Source: a bacterium
GTDB lineage: Bacteria; Patescibacteriota; Patescibacteriia; Veblenbacterales; UBA10138
DNA length: 64,000 nucleotides
Assembly (NCBI GenBank): GCA_020057885.1
Contig: JAGVEX010000009.1
Location: 36,704-100,703 of the forward strand
Direction of reading: 5' to 3'
Shown in pieces: positions 60,781 through 64,000 of this stretch. The first letter of the stretch is position 1. The number at the start of each line of letters is the position of its first letter. A program made the position numbers and the translations under genes. The notes beneath the pieces were generated by a model. It made no database searches. It saw nothing but the letters and a program-made list of their open reading frames with translations, and was not told the origin of the DNA.

Positions 60781-60998
60781 TAACGAAACAACCGCTCTTT
60801 TTTGAGAGCGGTTGTGGAATTTACGAAATTTATCTGAAACTAGTGTATTATTTCATTATCCTCGCCGCTCTTGCGTTAATAATAGTAATAAGACCAAGTA
60901 TAATATCTTGGTTCTTACACACGAGCGACTTGTAGCTTAAATTGAACATAAATTTAGGATGTTACAATGCATATTAACATAGCTAAAAATTGTGTCAA
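60781..60998 (-). promoter_or_regulatory. Promoter, Ile-rich leader peptide (60848-60949) and attenuator
   Basis: TTGACA-16-TAATAT; MFNLSYKSLVCKNQDIILGLITIINARAARIMK; AGAGCGG in the leader competes for the terminator ACAACCGCUCU/AGAGCGGUUGU (60788-60815). Confidence 0.75.
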
Positions 60999-61067
60999 CG
61001 GGTAAACTTATCCACAAAAACAAAATAGCGACAACATTTTTACTGTCGCTATTATTTCAACTATAAA

Positions 61068-61187
61068 TCACAATTTATTCGCACCAGGGCGTGGCCTTAT
61101 ACCCTGAGCTGCTGGGAGATTATATGTGATTCTTTTTTTGCGGCGTATTTTTTTACTCCGCGGCACCTTTTTCTTTGTGTTTTTCAT
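61068..61187 (-). CDS. Small very basic protein (39 aa), not in ORF track
   Basis: AAGGAG SD; MKNTKKKVPRSKKIRRKKRITYNLPAAQGIRPRPGANKL; terminator at ~61016-61053. Confidence 0.6.
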   Translation of the reverse strand: MKNTKKKVPRSKKIRRKKRITYNLPAAQGIRPRPGANKL

Positions 61188-61215
61188 AACTACTCTCCTT
61201 TGATTATTTGTTTAA

Positions 61216-61464
61216 TTATTTATTTTTTGGTTTTAAGGAAACATATTTCTCTTCAATTTGGCGGTGCTGCTTTCGCAGATAACACTGTTTTATTTTTAAT
61301 TGACGCCATTCTCGCGCCGCTAACATTAAATCATGCTTGGCTTTCAATTCTTGTTTTATATTTTGACAAGCAATCTTAATCTCTATAAGTTGCTTATGTA
61401 AATCTTGAATGGTTGTTTCTTCTTTAATAGTTGTTCCTGCTGCACCATTGTTCCATAAAGACAT
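61216..61464 (-). CDS. Small coiled-coil protein (T-box-controlled)
   Basis: AAGGAG SD; heptad-like K/Q/E-rich sequence. Confidence 0.7.
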   Translation of the reverse strand: MSLWNNGAAGTTIKEETTIQDLHKQLIEIKIACQNIKQELKAKHDLMLAAREWRQLKIKQCYLRKQHRQIEEKYVSLKPKNK

Positions 61465-61524
61465 GGCTAACTCCTTTTAAAAGTGACTGATAATCAATTG
61501 TTAATTTACATTTTAATTTTATTT

Positions 61525-61885
61525 AAAACAAAAAGCGCTTTTCGCCCTAAAGCATCCGAGAGAGAAGAAACTTCTCTAACAGAAAATCTTAAGGACGAAA
61601 AGCGCTTTTCAAATTGTAAAACACTTTCCGCGGTACCACCCTGATTGGCTAATAACTAATGGCAACCTGCCTATAGCATTAACCCTCTTTATGCACTCCC
61701 AAATTTATGAGATATACACTTATTCTATAACGGGAACTCCCGTCCTTATCTAATATTCAAAAAATGAAATTCAATAAGGCAACTCCAGAGGGAACTTCCA
61801 CTAAAATACCCCGGAAAATGCTCACAATCAAGGCATTTTCTCCCTGTACAGGATAAATAAAGTGTACTTTCCTCTTTCACTGTTT
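61525..61885 (-). ncRNA. T-box riboswitch (specifier probably GUU Val; UUC Phe possible)
   Basis: Stem I AGAGG-AAAGUA-CACU/AGUG-GAAGUUC-CCUCU, CCGUUA box, T-box AAUCAGGGUGGUACCGCG (61629-61646), antiterminator strand UUCGUCCU, terminator plus U tract; TTGACA-16-TATAAT promoter at 61921-61948. Confidence 0.9.
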
Positions 61886-61939
61886 TTAACTAATTTCTAA
61901 AAGAACAACCTGTAAAAACTATTATACACCCAGTTAAAA

Positions 61940-63013
61940 TTATGTCAATTCCAACACTTCCACCATCTGCTTAACAAGAGATACAACTATTGGAGGCGGT
62001 AGTAAACTATAACTATCGCGGCCCTCGTCATCCTTTATAACCCACTCCGATTCTTTGATATTCACCGTGCCGTCGGCTTTAAGCTCATAATCATAGCCTG
62101 GCGTAATTTCATAATCATCCACTTTGTCTTTAGCGCCCTCAACAGGAATTGCGTTGCGTAAATAAACCTTAGGTATGCCATGAAGGCCAAGTAGTTGTTT
62201 CATTATTTTATCATCCATCTCAAGCCGTTCTCTAATTGGATCAATACCAAGGTTATCACCTTCTTTGGGAACCATTCTAGTGCTATTGCAACCAGGGTTA
62301 TCACACTTTAAATAAAACTGCTTGGTCGCCTGATCATAACCAGCCTCTTTGGTAACCATTAATTTTAAATTTCGTGGTGTTTTGCAAATAGGACAAATTA
62401 CCCGGTATTTAATACGCTCGTTAATAACCGTGTTGGGTAAGCTGATAAAAGTTAAAAAATCAGGATCTTCGCGATAGCCAATAATCTCTTTAAGAAATAA
62501 AGAATATCCCACCTGATCCAAAGCCCGCGGAAAGCCATCAATAAAAATAGCTTGCCTGGGGCGCTTGGAAATTTCGTACTTAATAAGCGTGAGAATAAGT
62601 TCAGAGGAGATTAGAGTAGACTGGCTGCGTCCTAAAATAAGATCAACAATCTCGCTAGGCGAATGAAAGCCGCGATAATTTTTTTCAACAAAAGAAATAA
62701 ATTCTTTTTGTCCATCTTCTGTTTCCACTAATTTATGTGCATCGCGCACAATATCCCCTATGGAAAGATGTCCAATTTTGTCGCTTCCTACCGCCTCCAT
62801 AAATAATTTAGAATACGTTCCCTTGCCTGAATTCTTTTTACCCAATAAAAAAGCAACAAAAGTATTGCCTTTATCTAAATAATTCTTGATTATTTTAAGC
62901 TCCGCGCCCATTTTAGCGTCAAAATATTTCCGCCGTTCAGCTGGATCGTTTAAATTAAAACGTGCCGAACCTTCAACCTTTGTTTTGAACACTGGAAAAT
63001 TATTTAACTCCAT
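61940..63013 (-). CDS. Extended adenylate/NMP kinase-family protein
   Basis: GKKNSGKGT, LSIGDIVR, IDGFPR, CPIC...CDNPGC LID. Confidence 0.8.
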   Translation of the reverse strand: MELNNFPVFKTKVEGSARFNLNDPAERRKYFDAKMGAELKIIKNYLDKGNTFVAFLLGKKNSGKGTYSKLFMEAVGSDKIGHLSIGDIVRDAHKLVETEDGQKEFISFVEKNYRGFHSPSEIVDLILGRSQSTLISSELILTLIKYEISKRPRQAIFIDGFPRALDQVGYSLFLKEIIGYREDPDFLTFISLPNTVINERIKYRVICPICKTPRNLKLMVTKEAGYDQATKQFYLKCDNPGCNSTRMVPKEGDNLGIDPIRERLEMDDKIMKQLLGLHGIPKVYLRNAIPVEGAKDKVDDYEITPGYDYELKADGTVNIKESEWVIKDDEGRDSYSLLPPPIVVSLVKQMVEVLELT

Positions 63014-63094
63014 AAAAATAATATCTTTAAAAAAATTAACTATAAGTACTGCTCAGCATAGCACAACAATTGTGAAAGTCAACTAAAAGTAATT

Positions 63095-63931
63095 TTATTT
63101 TTTAGCCCACCTTTTTCCGTCACTTACAAAACTTATATCACCATCTATATCGGTGCGGAAAATCTTTATAGACAAATTTTTTAACCTTTCTAAAACTTCC
63201 TGATGGGGATGACCAAAACGGTTGTCTTTGCCCACTGAAATCACGGCGAATTCCGGCGCCACGGCACGTAAAAATTCCTCACTAGAAGAAGTACGACTAC
63301 CCTGATGCGCTACTTTTAAAATTTGAGAGCGCAAATTGGTACTAGTGGTTATAAGTGCCTGCTCGTTCACAATAGGCGTATCGCCTGTAAATAATACACT
63401 TGTTTCGCCAAAATTAATTTTATTTACTATTGAAGTTGAATTTAAATCATCTACTTGCTGTCCGGCATACGATATTGGCGGCCATAAAATATCCACGCTT
63501 ACGCCACTGGCTAATTTTATATTCTGGCCAGTTCGCGCTATGGCCAAAGGAATTTTTTTATCTTTTATTAATTTTAAAAAGGCAATGTATTCTGGTGTAG
63601 TATGCAAAACATCAGTGGTCAAAACCTGACGCACTTTATATCTTTCCAATACTTTAATAACACCAGTAATATGATCCGCGTGCGGGTGCGACAAAATAAT
63701 TAAATCAATATTACGCTTGGTCCACGGTAAGGCACCACCTAATTTTTGTAATACTGCCGCGCTAGGACCACCATCAATTAAAATATTTTGCCCACTTGGT
63801 GTTTGTACTAAAGCGGATTCTCCTTCACCCACGTCAAAAAAAGTAACTGTAAAAGGAGTTGGTTTATTAAGCCACCACCAAGCTACTCCGATAATCAAAA
63901 AAATGAATAAAAATATCCACCAACGTTTCAT
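63095..63931 (-). CDS. ComEC/Rec2 metallo-beta-lactamase-fold domain protein
   Basis: FFDVGEG, ILIDGG, SHPHADH, LFTGD, LKVAHQGS, N.FGHPH. Confidence 0.92.
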   Translation of the reverse strand: MKRWWIFLFIFLIIGVAWWWLNKPTPFTVTFFDVGEGESALVQTPSGQNILIDGGPSAAVLQKLGGALPWTKRNIDLIILSHPHADHITGVIKVLERYKVRQVLTTDVLHTTPEYIAFLKLIKDKKIPLAIARTGQNIKLASGVSVDILWPPISYAGQQVDDLNSTSIVNKINFGETSVLFTGDTPIVNEQALITTSTNLRSQILKVAHQGSRTSSSEEFLRAVAPEFAVISVGKDNRFGHPHQEVLERLKNLSIKIFRTDIDGDISFVSDGKRWAKK

Positions 63932-64000
63932 AAAATTTTTAATTTATTTTTTAGAAACCATCCTGCACCGATGCCATACAAAATAATTAACGCCAACCAT

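Noticed and set aside
1-64000. CRISPR array, rRNA or phage structural genes
   Set aside because: No regularly spaced repeat-spacer array, rRNA-like sequence, or capsid/terminase/tail ORFs were seen.

Overview
Low-GC bacterial chromosome segment read with genetic code 11. It looks like Patescibacteria/CPR (Parcubacteria-like): there is no rpmD between rpsE and rplO, AspRS is short, PsbP-like surface proteins are present, and most core genes lack a Shine-Dalgarno (SD) site. This taxonomy is inferred, not searched. The core content is scpA/B, aspS/asnS, dnaB-ybaB-recR, the str/S10/spc ribosomal clusters, rpmB, adk/map/secY and a comEC-like gene. Accessory regions: (1) a cassette-like surface-protein cluster around aspS/asnS; (2) a ~7.5 kb rep-xis-int element in the 3' end of tRNA-Lys(UUU), carrying AbiE, whose att site lies inside the integrase ORF; (3) a proB-proC-proS-FAD oxidoreductase-proA island, with an in-frame TAA in the oxidoreductase; (4) an intact tRNA-Pro(GGG) nested between interrupted halves of a second tRNA-Pro; (5) a promoter-driven ~230 nt ncRNA candidate. 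The most striking region is 58.5-61.95 kb. It holds three tandem amino-acid sensors: a T-box riboswitch, an Ile-rich leader-peptide attenuator, and TrpR with its operator and a WW leader attenuator. Each drives only small unknown proteins rather than biosynthetic, transport or tRNA-synthetase genes. All calls come from reading the sequence by eye; no database searches were run.
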